A stretch of 64,000 nt of DNA. Source: Candidatus Poribacteria bacterium (GTDB lineage: Bacteria; Poribacteria; WGA-4E; WGA-3G). Positions within the stretch are counted from its first letter, which is position 1. Each line of letters starts with the position of its first letter. Where the stretch lies: NCBI GenBank assembly GCA_965237835.1, contig OZ250160.1, positions 1,225,439 to 1,289,438 on the forward strand. The letters are read 5' to 3'. Of the stretch, positions 1-9,186 are shown piece by piece. The translations under genes and the position numbers were made by a program. Under the pieces are notes generated by a model, which searched no databases, had not been told where the DNA came from, and saw only the letters and a list, made by a program, of their open reading frames with translations.

Positions 1-456
1 TTGAAAGAACATGTGACACGGTGCCAACGCCATCTGATCCAATTCCGCTGGATTCCACGCGGTAACAATATGTCTGCGACTGTGGGGATCTGTCTTAAGT
101 TGTTCAATTACCTCAGCCAATTGGTCAATTCTGCCGTTTTCTTTTCGCCACCTACGCCATTGGACACCGTAAATACAACCGAGAGCACCCTCGCGTCCCC
201 AGGCAGCAGCGTTGGCATTCCAAATCTGTGTGCCGAGTTTTTGAAATTGCTTAACGTGATCATAGCCGCGCAGGAAGCCAAGAAGTTCCGCTTTGACAGA
301 ACGGAAAGCGAGTTGCTTTGTCGTCACTGCAGGAAACCCATCTTCCAGATTGTATCGCATCTGCATGCCGAAAAGGGCACGCGTCTTACCGTTTCTGCCT
401 TCACGGTCAACACCGGTATCTAATATCTGTTGAAGTCCTTCAAGATACTGTTTCAT
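1..456 (-). CDS. thyA: thymidylate synthase, 3' end truncated by window start
   Basis: Reverse-strand translation from ATG (complement of 454-456) gives MKQYLEGLQQIL...GMQMRYNLEDGFPAVTTKQ...HIVTAWNPAELDQMALAPCHMFFQ, closely matching E. coli ThyA N-terminus; not in ORF track because no stop inside window. Confidence 0.9.
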   Translation of the reverse strand, partial: MKQYLEGLQQILDTGVDREGRNGKTRALFGMQMRYNLEDGFPAVTTKQLAFRSVKAELLGFLRGYDHVKQFQKLGTQIWNANAAAWGREGALGCIYGVQWRRWRKENGRIDQLAEVIEQLKTDPHSRRHIVTAWNPAELDQMALAPCHMFFQ

Positions 457-522
457 ATATATTCTAAGTTCCCTTCAATAATAATGCGCTTTTCTATAAA
501 AACGTATTTGGGGTGCATAAAG

Positions 523-960
523 TTACCGATCTGTACTACCGAACCCGCCACGAGATGGGGCAGCCATCTGTTCTACCTCATTCCATTCTGCTGTATCCAC
601 TCTGACAAAAATCGCTTGTGCAATCCGACTACCCCGTTCAATCGTCACAGGGGCATCGGTGAAATTGTATACTTGGATTTTTAGTTCATCATCTTCGCCA
701 CAATAGTCGTTGTCAACGATACCGACACCTTGCGGCATCATTAAACCGAATTTACGGGGTGTGCTGCTGCGAAGACATACCATCAGCATATAACCGGGCG
801 GTGTTTCCACAATTACGTTTGCGGGGATTAAAACAATACTATGAGGGGCAATCTCAACTGATTCTCTGCAAAGTAGATCAAATCCGACAGACCCTTCAGT
901 TTCATATTTCGGCAATGGAATCGATTTATCAACGCGCTTTATATTTATCTTCATTATCAC
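523..960 (-). CDS. dut: dUTP diphosphatase
   Basis: 145 aa; GSVGFDL, RSS..K, GIVDNDYCGE, SRGGFGSTD motifs typical of dUTPase. Confidence 0.9.
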   Translation of the reverse strand: MIMKINIKRVDKSIPLPKYETEGSVGFDLLCRESVEIAPHSIVLIPANVIVETPPGYMLMVCLRSSTPRKFGLMMPQGVGIVDNDYCGEDDELKIQVYNFTDAPVTIERGSRIAQAIFVRVDTAEWNEVEQMAAPSRGGFGSTDR

Positions 961-1856
961 ACTGCTATCCCTTCTACTTTACATTCAATGCGATAAATGG
1001 ATGTGCTTGCTGTGATAAAAAGGCTTTTCCAAAAATCGCCACCCCAAGCCAGATTAGCACTACGTTCAGGGACGAGTATGATTCCAAGATGTGTTCCATC
1101 AGGCGCGAATATCCAAATTCCATTCGGTCCAGTTACATAAACATTTCCCTTCACATCTACCTTCATCCCATCAGGTTTTCCGTTGTCCCCTTTTTCTTCC
1201 GCAAAGACGCGACCGTTTGCTATTGTGCCATCAGGTTGGACATCAAATGCACGCACATGCATACGTTGGGTGTCATTAATATAAAGGACAGACTCATCGG
1301 GTGAAAAGCAGATACCGTTCGGTTTATCAAAATCATCAACAAGCAGTGTCAACGTTTCGCCATCTGGTGACAAACGGTAAACACCTTGAAAATCAAGTTC
1401 TTTTTCCGATGCAGAGGATATCCCATATGGTGGATCAGTAAAATAGATGCTTTCATCAGATTTCACAACCACATCGTTCGGGCTGTTCAGACGTTTGCCT
1501 TGATAATGCGAAGCAATCGTGAGCACATCTCCATCCGCAGTTGTGCGAGATACCCTTCGGTTGGCGTGCTCACAAGCAATCAGGTGTCCGCCTTTATCGT
1601 AAGTTAAACCGTTTGATTTGCCAGAAGGATCTCTGAAAACTGTCATTCCGTTTTCCGCATCCCATCGCCGCATTTTATTTGCAGGAATATCACTGAAAAG
1701 CAGATACCTTCCGATTGAATGCCAGAGTGGTCCCTCAGTAAATCGGCATCCGGTAGCCAACTGTTCCACAACCGCTGCTGAATCAACTAAATCCAATAAT
1801 CGTGAATCACGGACATCAAGTGCCATATTTTTTCCTTTCAATATATTCAAGGTCAT
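957..1856 (-). CDS. SMP-30/gluconolactonase/LRE family protein
   Basis: 299 aa six-bladed propeller-like sequence (regucalcin/gluconolactonase family); 4-nt overlap with dut suggests operon; TGA stop; alternative start MALDVRD at 1826. Confidence 0.75.
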   Translation of the reverse strand: MTLNILKGKNMALDVRDSRLLDLVDSAAVVEQLATGCRFTEGPLWHSIGRYLLFSDIPANKMRRWDAENGMTVFRDPSGKSNGLTYDKGGHLIACEHANRRVSRTTADGDVLTIASHYQGKRLNSPNDVVVKSDESIYFTDPPYGISSASEKELDFQGVYRLSPDGETLTLLVDDFDKPNGICFSPDESVLYINDTQRMHVRAFDVQPDGTIANGRVFAEEKGDNGKPDGMKVDVKGNVYVTGPNGIWIFAPDGTHLGIILVPERSANLAWGGDFWKSLFITASTSIYRIECKVEGIAV

Positions 1857-1860
1857 TTAG

Positions 1861-1988
1861 TTTTATTATCAGGGAACTCCTCTGTAGGAGCGACTCGACA
1901 AATACCATACGCGCATTTGGCGTTGATTCGCAGGTCGCGACTTTTCGACTAAATTGGACAAAAATCCTAAAACTAAATAGTCCTACAA
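1861..1988. repeat. degenerate family-C MITE-like element (reverse orientation)
   Basis: Shares ctgtaggagcga and tcgcgacttttcg.ctaaa.tggacaaaaa.cctaaaactaaata with elements at 18297, 24241, 37405. Confidence 0.45.
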
Positions 1989-2084
1989 TATCCTTGACAC
2001 TCATTTTTATTCATGATAACATATAATATTAATTGAGTGAAAGATCTAATATTTCAGGGGTTTCCTAACCGAGCAGGAACAAAA

Positions 2085-2158
2085 CGTGCCTGGGGCGACT
2101 CGAACGCCCGACCTTCAGCTTCGGAGGCTGACGCTCTATCCAACTGAGCTACAGGCAC
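2085..2158 (-). tRNA. tRNA-Arg (anticodon CCG)
   Basis: Reverse complement GTGCCTGTAGCTCAGTTGGATAGAGCGTCAGCCTCCGAAGCTGAAGGTCGGGCGTTCGAGTCGCCCCAGGCACG folds as cloverleaf: 7-bp acceptor, D-arm GCTC/GAGC, anticodon loop CTCCGAA, T-arm GGGCG TTCGAGT CGCCC. Confidence 0.85.
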
Positions 2159-2201
2159 AAGTAATAAAAAGTCTTACATAGTTTAACAAATTTAGATATT
2201 T

Positions 2202-3317
2202 TTGTCAAGTTTTTTGTGTAAAGAACTGGAGGAATTCAATATGATGCGTAAATTTCAGCAACATTCATTTGGTAGCACATGCAAACGTCTATTGTCACTT
2301 TTTGCGATTGTCCTCTTTTTATTAACTTTCGTACCCGAAGTAGTAGAAAGCCGCCGCGGGGGTTTTGGGGGTGGTCGTAGTTTTAGCAGGAGTTCAAGTC
2401 GTAGTTCAAGCTCAAGGAGTTACAGCACACCGAAGCGATCTACAAGCAGTAGTTCTTCACGGAGTTCCTATACGAAACCGCGGAGTACAGGTAGCAGCTA
2501 CAGCGGAAACCGTACTACAGGAACAACTTCTACACGCAACAGCACCACAGCACGTCAGAAACAGACTGCAACAAATCGTGCCAAGACGACTAACACAACG
2601 TCAACTCGAAACAGCACTGCTACGCGTAGCCAACAGGGGCGAAAACAGGTCCGTCAACTCAAAGCGGAAAACCGCAGTTTGAAACGCAAAGTCACGACAG
2701 CAAACCGACAAACGTCGCAAGCTCGCAGGCAACAACGTTCAACCATCACAGTTAACAATTTTGGTGGTTACTACCCTATGACTGGTTATTCAATGTATAG
2801 CCTTCAGAGATCTATGATGTTTAACAATCTCCTGTTCGGCATCTATTTCCATGACTACTATAACCATTCGATCCGTCATAGTTACTTATGGCACTATCAC
2901 CATCGAGATTATGACCGATCGCATTGGGATGCCAAAAAGCAGGCTGAGTACGAACATTATAAGGAGTACTACGAAAACCAAGGCGTTGAAGCGAACGCGA
3001 ATTACGTAGATCCGGACACAAATCGTGATGAAGATTTTGCCGCCACTTATGTTGAAGAGAATCCAGATAAGTTTTATGGTGATAATGTTGAGGTGGTAAC
3101 GGTTGATGAACTTCCTGATGAAGCGGCTTTGAAACAGGAACTCATTGCCTCTGCCGAAACACCAACAGTAACGACTAATACGCAGCGAGCATCGCCGTCC
3201 CAAAGGATTATTGTAGAAAAGAGTACCTCAGGCGGAACATGGTTCGTTCTCATATTTGGAGGTCTTCTCATCGTTGGTGGAATCATGCTGGTAATGTACA
3301 ACAAAGGATATTTTTAG
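2202..3317 (+). CDS. hypothetical membrane-anchored protein with S/T/R-rich low-complexity region
   Basis: 371-aa ORF, N-terminal hydrophobic segment, long SSRSS/TTNT low-complexity tract, C-terminal TM helix; likely real start MMRKF near 2241. Confidence 0.45.
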   Translation: MSSFLCKELEEFNMMRKFQQHSFGSTCKRLLSLFAIVLFLLTFVPEVVESRRGGFGGGRSFSRSSSRSSSSRSYSTPKRSTSSSSSRSSYTKPRSTGSSYSGNRTTGTTSTRNSTTARQKQTATNRAKTTNTTSTRNSTATRSQQGRKQVRQLKAENRSLKRKVTTANRQTSQARRQQRSTITVNNFGGYYPMTGYSMYSLQRSMMFNNLLFGIYFHDYYNHSIRHSYLWHYHHRDYDRSHWDAKKQAEYEHYKEYYENQGVEANANYVDPDTNRDEDFAATYVEENPDKFYGDNVEVVTVDELPDEAALKQELIASAETPTVTTNTQRASPSQRIIVEKSTSGGTWFVLIFGGLLIVGGIMLVMYNKGYF

Positions 3318-3325
3318 GTGGTGGC

Positions 3326-3949
3326 ATGGCACTATTTGGTAGAAAAGATGGAAAATCTCTTTTTGGAAACCAGAAAGAGGCAGATGGCAAGAAACCGGAA
3401 CGGCATGAGTTGGTTGACATCCCGATTAATAGCATAATTGAACTCTCTGACATCACTACATATCAGGATACAGGTGATACCTCACATGCCTTTACGCTTT
3501 CCACGCGAAAGAAGTACGATGGCGACGGTCTCCTTCGATATATGTATCACGTCCAAGACGTTGAGGGTGAGCTTGTGGTCGGGGTTGATCACATTGCTGG
3601 AACAAAGGATGAGTACGAAATCTCGCGATGGATTGTTGATGGTGAACAGGAACTTGGGGATCCGTTGCCAGACGAAATGACGTTCTATTATCCGGACCCT
3701 GATAGTGAGGATGAAGAAATCGCCATTGTATACAACCGGCAAGAGATTGTCTCAGCAAAACTCACCGTTACCGATGCGCAAAGACAAGAGGAATTTGCGG
3801 CTGAACTCCATGAATACATCAGTGATAACGAAAAATTGATGTCTATTGAACTCTGCGGTGACTGGCTTACCTTTTACGTTGGTTCACTCATATCCCGTTC
3901 CGACATTGAAATTTATCCTGCAGTTGTAACTGGACAGGTACGTAGTTAA
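3326..3949 (+). CDS. hypothetical protein
   Basis: ORF 3239..3949; probable start MALFGRK at 3326; acidic, no repeats; overlaps stop of upstream gene suggesting coupling. Confidence 0.5.
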   Translation: MALFGRKDGKSLFGNQKEADGKKPERHELVDIPINSIIELSDITTYQDTGDTSHAFTLSTRKKYDGDGLLRYMYHVQDVEGELVVGVDHIAGTKDEYEISRWIVDGEQELGDPLPDEMTFYYPDPDSEDEEIAIVYNRQEIVSAKLTVTDAQRQEEFAAELHEYISDNEKLMSIELCGDWLTFYVGSLISRSDIEIYPAVVTGQVRS

Positions 3950-4160
3950 CCTGAGTTCGATAAAGGATTCAAAGGTAAACGTAGGTTGGGTTGAACGAAT
4001 GTGAAACCATAGGTCAATTTAAGAAAGCACTATACATGCCCGTGCGTGGTAGGTCCGGTTTCCTAACCGAACCCACCGTGCCTGGAGGACCACTAATTGA
4101 CGCATAAGGGTTGAACGGATGTGAAACGTGAAACCCATAGGCGTCAATTTAACGTGTGGA
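3950..4160. repeat. composite repeat: family-H terminus (taacctgagttcgata) plus family-A hairpin element (GGTCCGGTTTCCTAACCGAACC) flanked by gcgtcaatttaa motifs
   Basis: Motifs recur at 11341, 30411, 47481, 48791. Confidence 0.6.
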
Positions 4161-4196
4161 ACACGGATATTTAGATATTTAGTGTTAATTGGGATT

Positions 4197-4290
4197 TATA
4201 CCCAATTAACCCGATTTGTAGCGCGAGGTCTCTGGGTCCTCCTCGCAATGCCGACTTTATCCGAAAACGTCGAATCAAGTTAATTTGCTA
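4197..4290. repeat. family-B MITE-like element
   Basis: TIR cccaattaac...gttaatttgctat, internal hairpin gcgcgaggtctctgggtcctcctcgc; 7 full copies in window. Confidence 0.7.
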
Positions 4291-5070
4291 TTACATCTAC
4301 AGTTGTATGTTTTCAATCTTCAAAGATGCCAAAATCACTCATTAATTATATGTTCCTCTGACCGCTCCCCGCCCTGAAGGGCGAGGGTTCTTTTGAAGGA
4401 ACCCCCGCACGGGTTTCTCAAGGGTTACCGCTACTTGCATATCAAGTCCAGCAGGTATGGGGCCATCTTGCATCTCCTTTTAGGAGGCTTCCCGACTCAA
4501 GTTCGGGCAACACGTGGACAAACACGCGGAGCGGGCCATCTGGCTCACTACGGAAACACCTTAAACCTTATCAGGTGTGACCGATACTTTGACCGCTAAG
4601 TGCGGTTTCAAAACTAACGTTATTAGGAGAGTATCCTATCTTTCAAGGTTTTGGCTCCGTTGAAACGTCTTTTTTCTGTAGTGGATGCGTTTTCTACGTC
4701 TACGCTGCTCTTTACAAAAGAGTGGTTAGGATCAATGGCAAGGTTGCCAAAGTTGTCCATCCTAACCCGTAGATGTTAGAATTATATCACATTTTTTGGC
4801 GAAAGTCAAGTTTTTTTCAACAATGGAGGTCTTGGTTTCCGCTACTACATCCCCGCCTTAAAAGGCGAGGTTTTGTAGCGGAAGATTTGATAAAAAACTT
4901 GTTAAAAAGTTAAAAAAGGCTTGACATACATACTAACATTATAGTACACTATTAATAAACTAGAAATAACTCTGTATTTGACGTTTCTCTAAACAACGTT
5001 ATAGACACGTTTTAACTCATAGTTCGCAACCTTGTTTTGAGCGGACTGTGGTTGACAGGAGGTTTACTTC

Positions 5071-6558
5071 ATGCAGGAAAGATTGATTCTTGAAAAAATT
5101 CGACAGGTACATCGCCGTTTGAGCGTCCAAGGATATTTTCATACACTCGCGGCATTTCTATTATATGGACTTTTGGTGTGTGTACCGGTTGTTATCGTTG
5201 ATAGCGTGGTTACATCTTTTAACATCCCGCCACTGACATTCCTATGGGTGGCATGTGGCATTGTAGTGATTGCTCTGGTCGTCAGACTCATTCGACCAGT
5301 CAATCTGTACGAAGCAGCTCGTGCAATTGATATAGACGCCTCCCTTAAGGATCGTGTTGTAAGTGGTTTGGAACAGATCCAACGTAAATCCAATGAAACG
5401 TTGACTGCTCTGCAAATTCAAGATACATCCAAAAGATTACAAGCAGTTCCAATCAAAAAGGTTGCGCGTTATACTGTCCCACGTGAAACCAAATTTGCAG
5501 CGATTGTGGCAGTATTTCTCATCACTTTCTCGTTTGTAGAGTTTTTCGCACCTCCTGCGACTTCAACGGAAATTGATTATTCGCCGCAAATCGCAGCGGA
5601 AGCTGACACACTGTTGAATACGATTGAAGAGGTGAAAAAAGAGGCAGAACAGGGTGAGGATCAGGAACTCAAAGAAATCTTGGAAGAGATTGAAAAAAGA
5701 ACGCTTGAATTGAAAGAACCGCAGATTGTTCCTAAGGAAGCTCTTAAAAGAATGACCGAATTGAGTGCGCTGCTGAAAACGAAAATTGATCCGCTCAAAA
5801 TGGCGCAGCAGGAAGAACTTATGAAAGGTCTCGGACAGCAGTTCATCGGTAATCCGATCCTTGGCGATTTCGGGCAAAAGTTGAAACGCGGTGATTACGA
5901 AAAAGCAGCTGACGATCTTGACAAAGTGGCAAAAGATGTTCCGAAATATGACCAAGAAAAACGCCAGAACCTATCTGATGAACTCAAACGCGCTGGAAAA
6001 AGCCTAAAAGACACCGACCTTAACGGTCTCGGTGGAAAGTTAGCAGGCGCGGGCGAAGCAATGGAAGGCAACGATTCCGAAGGCACGCAAAAAAATCTTA
6101 GTGCCTCAAGCAAAGAGATTCGCAATTTCGAACTCCTCAAGAACCGTAACCAAAAGTTGACTGATCTGCTCTGTCAATGTGAGGAATGCAAAGCATGCAT
6201 CGCTGCATGTTGCCAAGGTACAGGTATCAATCCAACTACCGGTCTTACAAATATGCTGTCCAATAACCCCAGTGAAAAGGCAGGCAATAAAACTTCCGAA
6301 TCACAATTGGGTCAGCTCACTAATCTTGATTCTACTTTAAATCTTGAACATATTACTGGCGTTCAAGGTGAAGGAAATTCTTCTGTTGAAACCACTAAAG
6401 CATCTGCTGAAGGGCAGGGATCTAATCTCAGTTATAAAGATGCTTATATGAAGTATCAGAAACTTTCTGAAGATGCACTCACCCAAGAACAGATTCCGCT
6501 CGGATATAAGTTCTATGTGAAACGCTACTTTGAATCAATCAAACCGACTGAAGAGTAA
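5071..6558 (+). CDS. hypothetical membrane-anchored coiled-coil protein (paralog of 54406..55872)
   Basis: 495 aa; two N-terminal TM helices, conserved DRVVSGLEQIQ segment shared with 54406 ORF, long charged coiled coil; sits upstream of MoxR-DUF58-BatA cluster. Confidence 0.65.
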   Translation: MQERLILEKIRQVHRRLSVQGYFHTLAAFLLYGLLVCVPVVIVDSVVTSFNIPPLTFLWVACGIVVIALVVRLIRPVNLYEAARAIDIDASLKDRVVSGLEQIQRKSNETLTALQIQDTSKRLQAVPIKKVARYTVPRETKFAAIVAVFLITFSFVEFFAPPATSTEIDYSPQIAAEADTLLNTIEEVKKEAEQGEDQELKEILEEIEKRTLELKEPQIVPKEALKRMTELSALLKTKIDPLKMAQQEELMKGLGQQFIGNPILGDFGQKLKRGDYEKAADDLDKVAKDVPKYDQEKRQNLSDELKRAGKSLKDTDLNGLGGKLAGAGEAMEGNDSEGTQKNLSASSKEIRNFELLKNRNQKLTDLLCQCEECKACIAACCQGTGINPTTGLTNMLSNNPSEKAGNKTSESQLGQLTNLDSTLNLEHITGVQGEGNSSVETTKASAEGQGSNLSYKDAYMKYQKLSEDALTQEQIPLGYKFYVKRYFESIKPTEE

Positions 6559-6573
6559 AGTCGAGTTTTATAC

Positions 6574-6610
6574 AAATCACCGCAGAGATTAATTATCTTT
6601 GCGGTGATTT
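6574..6610 (+). terminator. putative hairpin terminator after 5071..6558
   Basis: aaatcaccgcagagat-taat-atctttgcggtgattt, 14-bp stem 16 nt after stop; weak T-run. Confidence 0.4.
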
Positions 6611-6627
6611 AATGCCTAAACAATACG

Positions 6628-6695
6628 AATACCCTTTAACCTGATTGTAGTGTGAGGTCTCTGGGTTCTCTTCGCAATGCTAACTTTATCACTCT
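6628..6695. repeat. truncated family-B element
   Basis: tgtagtgtgaggtctctgggttctcttcgcaatgctaactttatc matches family-B core; cut off by element at 6705. Confidence 0.5.
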
Positions 6696-6704
6696 TCCCG
6701 CCAA

Positions 6705-7125
6705 GACCCCCTGCTTTAGCTTGTGGGATTCAGGCGGGCAAATAATAGACAGATAAACAAAATGTGCCAGGGTATCACAAACTGCCCAGCGAAAGACAAA
6801 GGTGTAATACCACATCGCAATAACCCTTCAAAGTCGGTGGATAGCGTCCATATCAAGCCAGCGCAGCAATGCGGACTGGAATGCGTGAGCGGAGGCAATC
6901 CCTCCCGAAGTCTACGGACTTGTCGCGTGGCGTGCCTGGTAGAAAGGGCAGCTGTAAAATGGGTGGAACCAGAGCCAACCCACGACACTGCGGAAAACAA
7001 ATCAAACGGGCTGGCTTAGCAGCCCTAAGTGGAGCGGACGGAAGACGTAGCTCAGATCGGCAGTCTGTGAGGAAACACAAGCCCCAACCTTTAGGTTGTG
7101 GGTGCTATGACCACAAGCCATCTAA
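6705..7125 (+). mobile_element. IS200/IS605-family derivative lacking tnpB (left and right subterminal hairpins retained)
   Basis: Left hairpin ccccctgctttagcttgtggg resembles LE motif at 24380/36170/45800; 3' 80 bp (tctgtgaggaaacacaagccccaacctttaggttgtgggtgctatgaccacaag) is near-identical to sequence just downstream of tnpB stop at 12101-12165; short overlapping ORFs here are not credible genes. Confidence 0.6.
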
Positions 7126-7159
7126 TCAAGTTAATTTGGTATAACAGTCAGGGAGAATT

Positions 7160-8143
7160 ATGTCCGAACAAGTTGAACAAAAACATGAAGAATTTCGCCA
7201 GACCTTCCTAAAGATACAAGAGGAAATATCTAAGCGAATCGTCGGTCAAAAGGAAATTATTGAAGGTGTTTTAATCTGCTTAATGACGGGAGGACATGCT
7301 CTATTAGAAGGAGTACCTGGCTTAGGCAAAACACTACTCATCTCAACACTACAGGAAGTTCTTGACCTCAAATTTCAAAGGATACAGTTCACGCCAGATC
7401 TGATGCCAGCTGACATCGTAGGCACTACCATTGTCGCTGAGGATGAGGACAGACGAAAATTTTTTGAATTCCAACCTGGACCCGTCTTTGCAAATCTTGT
7501 CCTTGCAGACGAAATCAATCGTGCAACCCCTAAAACACAATCTGCGATGCTTGAGGCGATGCAGGAAAAATCAGTTACCGTTGCTGGACAACAGCGAAAA
7601 CTTGATTTACCTTTCTTTGTGATGGCAACCCAAAACCCGTTGGAGATGGAAGGCACCTATCCGTTACCAGAAGCACAACTTGACCGCTTCTTTTTCAAAC
7701 TCAAGGTAGAATACCCAACCATTGATGAACTTGATATTATAATGGAACGCACGACGAAGCGCGAAATGCCTTCTGTAGACAAAGTCTGTGATGGAAAGTT
7801 GATTAACGAATTGGAACTGATAGTCCGAGACATTCTCGTTGCAGAAGACGTTCGCAGATACGCCTTGCGGATTGTTTTTGGAACACATCCTGAAGCTGAT
7901 GACGCGCCCGAACTCACGAAAAAATATGTCCGATACGGTTCAAGTCCTCGTGGCGCACAAGCACTGATCCTCGCAAGTAAGGTGCGCGCAATCCTTGATG
8001 GAAGATACAACGTTGCGCGTGAAGATATTCAAGCTGTCGCACTGCCCAGTCTCCGCCATCGTCTAATTCTTAGCTTTGAAGGTGAAGCTGAAGGAATTGA
8101 CCCAGATGGAATCGTCCAGCATCTTTTAGAAGAAATCAATTAA
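7160..8143 (+). CDS. MoxR-family AAA+ ATPase
   Basis: 327 aa; Walker A GVPGLGKT, TPDLMPADIVGT, ATQNP motifs. Confidence 0.9.
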   Translation: MSEQVEQKHEEFRQTFLKIQEEISKRIVGQKEIIEGVLICLMTGGHALLEGVPGLGKTLLISTLQEVLDLKFQRIQFTPDLMPADIVGTTIVAEDEDRRKFFEFQPGPVFANLVLADEINRATPKTQSAMLEAMQEKSVTVAGQQRKLDLPFFVMATQNPLEMEGTYPLPEAQLDRFFFKLKVEYPTIDELDIIMERTTKREMPSVDKVCDGKLINELELIVRDILVAEDVRRYALRIVFGTHPEADDAPELTKKYVRYGSSPRGAQALILASKVRAILDGRYNVAREDIQAVALPSLRHRLILSFEGEAEGIDPDGIVQHLLEEIN

Positions 8144-8158
8144 CCACTCTTGTTAGAG

Positions 8159-8250
8159 GGGTTTGTAACCCCGATTTCATCTTGTAGGAGAGGTTTGTAA
8201 CCCCGATTTTCTTGTAGGAGGGGTTTGTAACCCCGATCCATTCAACAGGT
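8159..8250. repeat. three tandem ~31-bp units each with hairpin GGGGTTTGTAACCCC (family G)
   Basis: cttgt.aga.ggtttgtaaccccgat x3 in the 113-bp moxR/DUF58 spacer. Confidence 0.8.
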
Positions 8251-8256
8251 ATTTAT

Positions 8257-9144
8257 ATGAACGATACACAATCCGCATTCGACAGTGAATTCCTTAAAAA
8301 ACTTGAATACCTCTATATCGTCTCAAAAAAAATCTTTGCAGGACGAATCAAGGCTGAACGTCGCAGCACACGACGGGGCGTTAGTGTAGAATTCGCGGAT
8401 TACCGTAACTACACCCCTGGCGATGACTTCCGTTATATTGATTGGAATGCCTTTGCAAGGTTAGACGAACTCCTCCTAAAACTCTACGAAGAGCGGGAAG
8501 ACCTACACATCTACATCCTCGTTGATGCAAGCCAATCCATGACTTATGGAGAGTTACCAAAACTGATATATGCCAAGCGGGTTGCCGCAGCACTTGCCTA
8601 CATCGGTCTTTCAAACCTGGATCGCATAGGCATTACTGCTTTTAACACCACAGACATGCATCGGTTGCCGACAGAACGTGGAAAAGGAAAAATCTTCACG
8701 GTCCTCAATTTCCTTGATCAGATCAATGGCACTGGAGAAACCGATATGGAACACGCATTCCGCAATTTCGTACACATGACGAAACGCCGCGGATTAGTCG
8801 TCGTGATTTCTGATTTATTTGATCCCAAAGGGTTTACTGCCGGCTTGAATATGCTGAAGTTTCAAAAACATGACCTCTTTGTCATTCACATTATTGACGA
8901 AAAGGAAGCTGAACCAAACCTTCTTGGCGATTACCATCTCGTTGATATTGAAACCGATCAACTCCGACCTGTCACTATCAATGAAAATCACATTAAACGT
9001 TACAAGGCTCTTTTCAATAAATATTGTGATGACCTTGACCGATATTGCACACAACGTGAAATTAGCCTCGTACGGACAATGACAAAAGCACCTTTTGAAG
9101 AACTCATCCTACGAATTTTCCGAATGGGTGGTTTTGTTTCATAA
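8257..9144 (+). CDS. DUF58 domain protein (MoxR partner, vWA-like)
   Basis: 295 aa; GVSVEFADYRNYTPGDDFRYIDWNAFARLDEL and ILVDASQSM motifs. Confidence 0.85.
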   Translation: MNDTQSAFDSEFLKKLEYLYIVSKKIFAGRIKAERRSTRRGVSVEFADYRNYTPGDDFRYIDWNAFARLDELLLKLYEEREDLHIYILVDASQSMTYGELPKLIYAKRVAAALAYIGLSNLDRIGITAFNTTDMHRLPTERGKGKIFTVLNFLDQINGTGETDMEHAFRNFVHMTKRRGLVVVISDLFDPKGFTAGLNMLKFQKHDLFVIHIIDEKEAEPNLLGDYHLVDIETDQLRPVTINENHIKRYKALFNKYCDDLDRYCTQREISLVRTMTKAPFEELILRIFRMGGFVS

Positions 9145-9186
9145 CGGATCAATTTTGACCAATGATTGTCCGGATAAAATCGATTA

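Noticed and set aside
2365-3304. Several 60-105-aa ORFs overlapping the 2202..3317 gene on both strands
   Set aside because: Embedded in or antisense to the longer ORF; the low-complexity S/T/R-rich sequence generates spurious open frames.
4393-4620. Possible small ncRNA (6S/SRP-like) in a 1.1-kb intergenic region with many hairpins
   Set aside because: Could not match any conserved ncRNA motif by eye. The region is a patchwork of repeat-family hairpins (CCCGCCTTnAAAGGCGAGG type at 4361-4400 and 4841-4880); left uncalled.
6716-7144. Possible RNase P RNA or other structured ncRNA (terminal pairing gcttgtggg/cccacaagc, ~400 nt, GC-rich), and four overlapping 75-98-aa ORFs
   Set aside because: No RNase P conserved motifs (GGAAAGUCCGG, ACAGAAnCCGGCUUA). 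The 3' 80 bp are near-identical to the IS605 right end at 12101-12165 and the 5' end matches the IS left-end hairpin family. Better explained as a tnpB-less IS605 derivative; the ORFs are artefacts.
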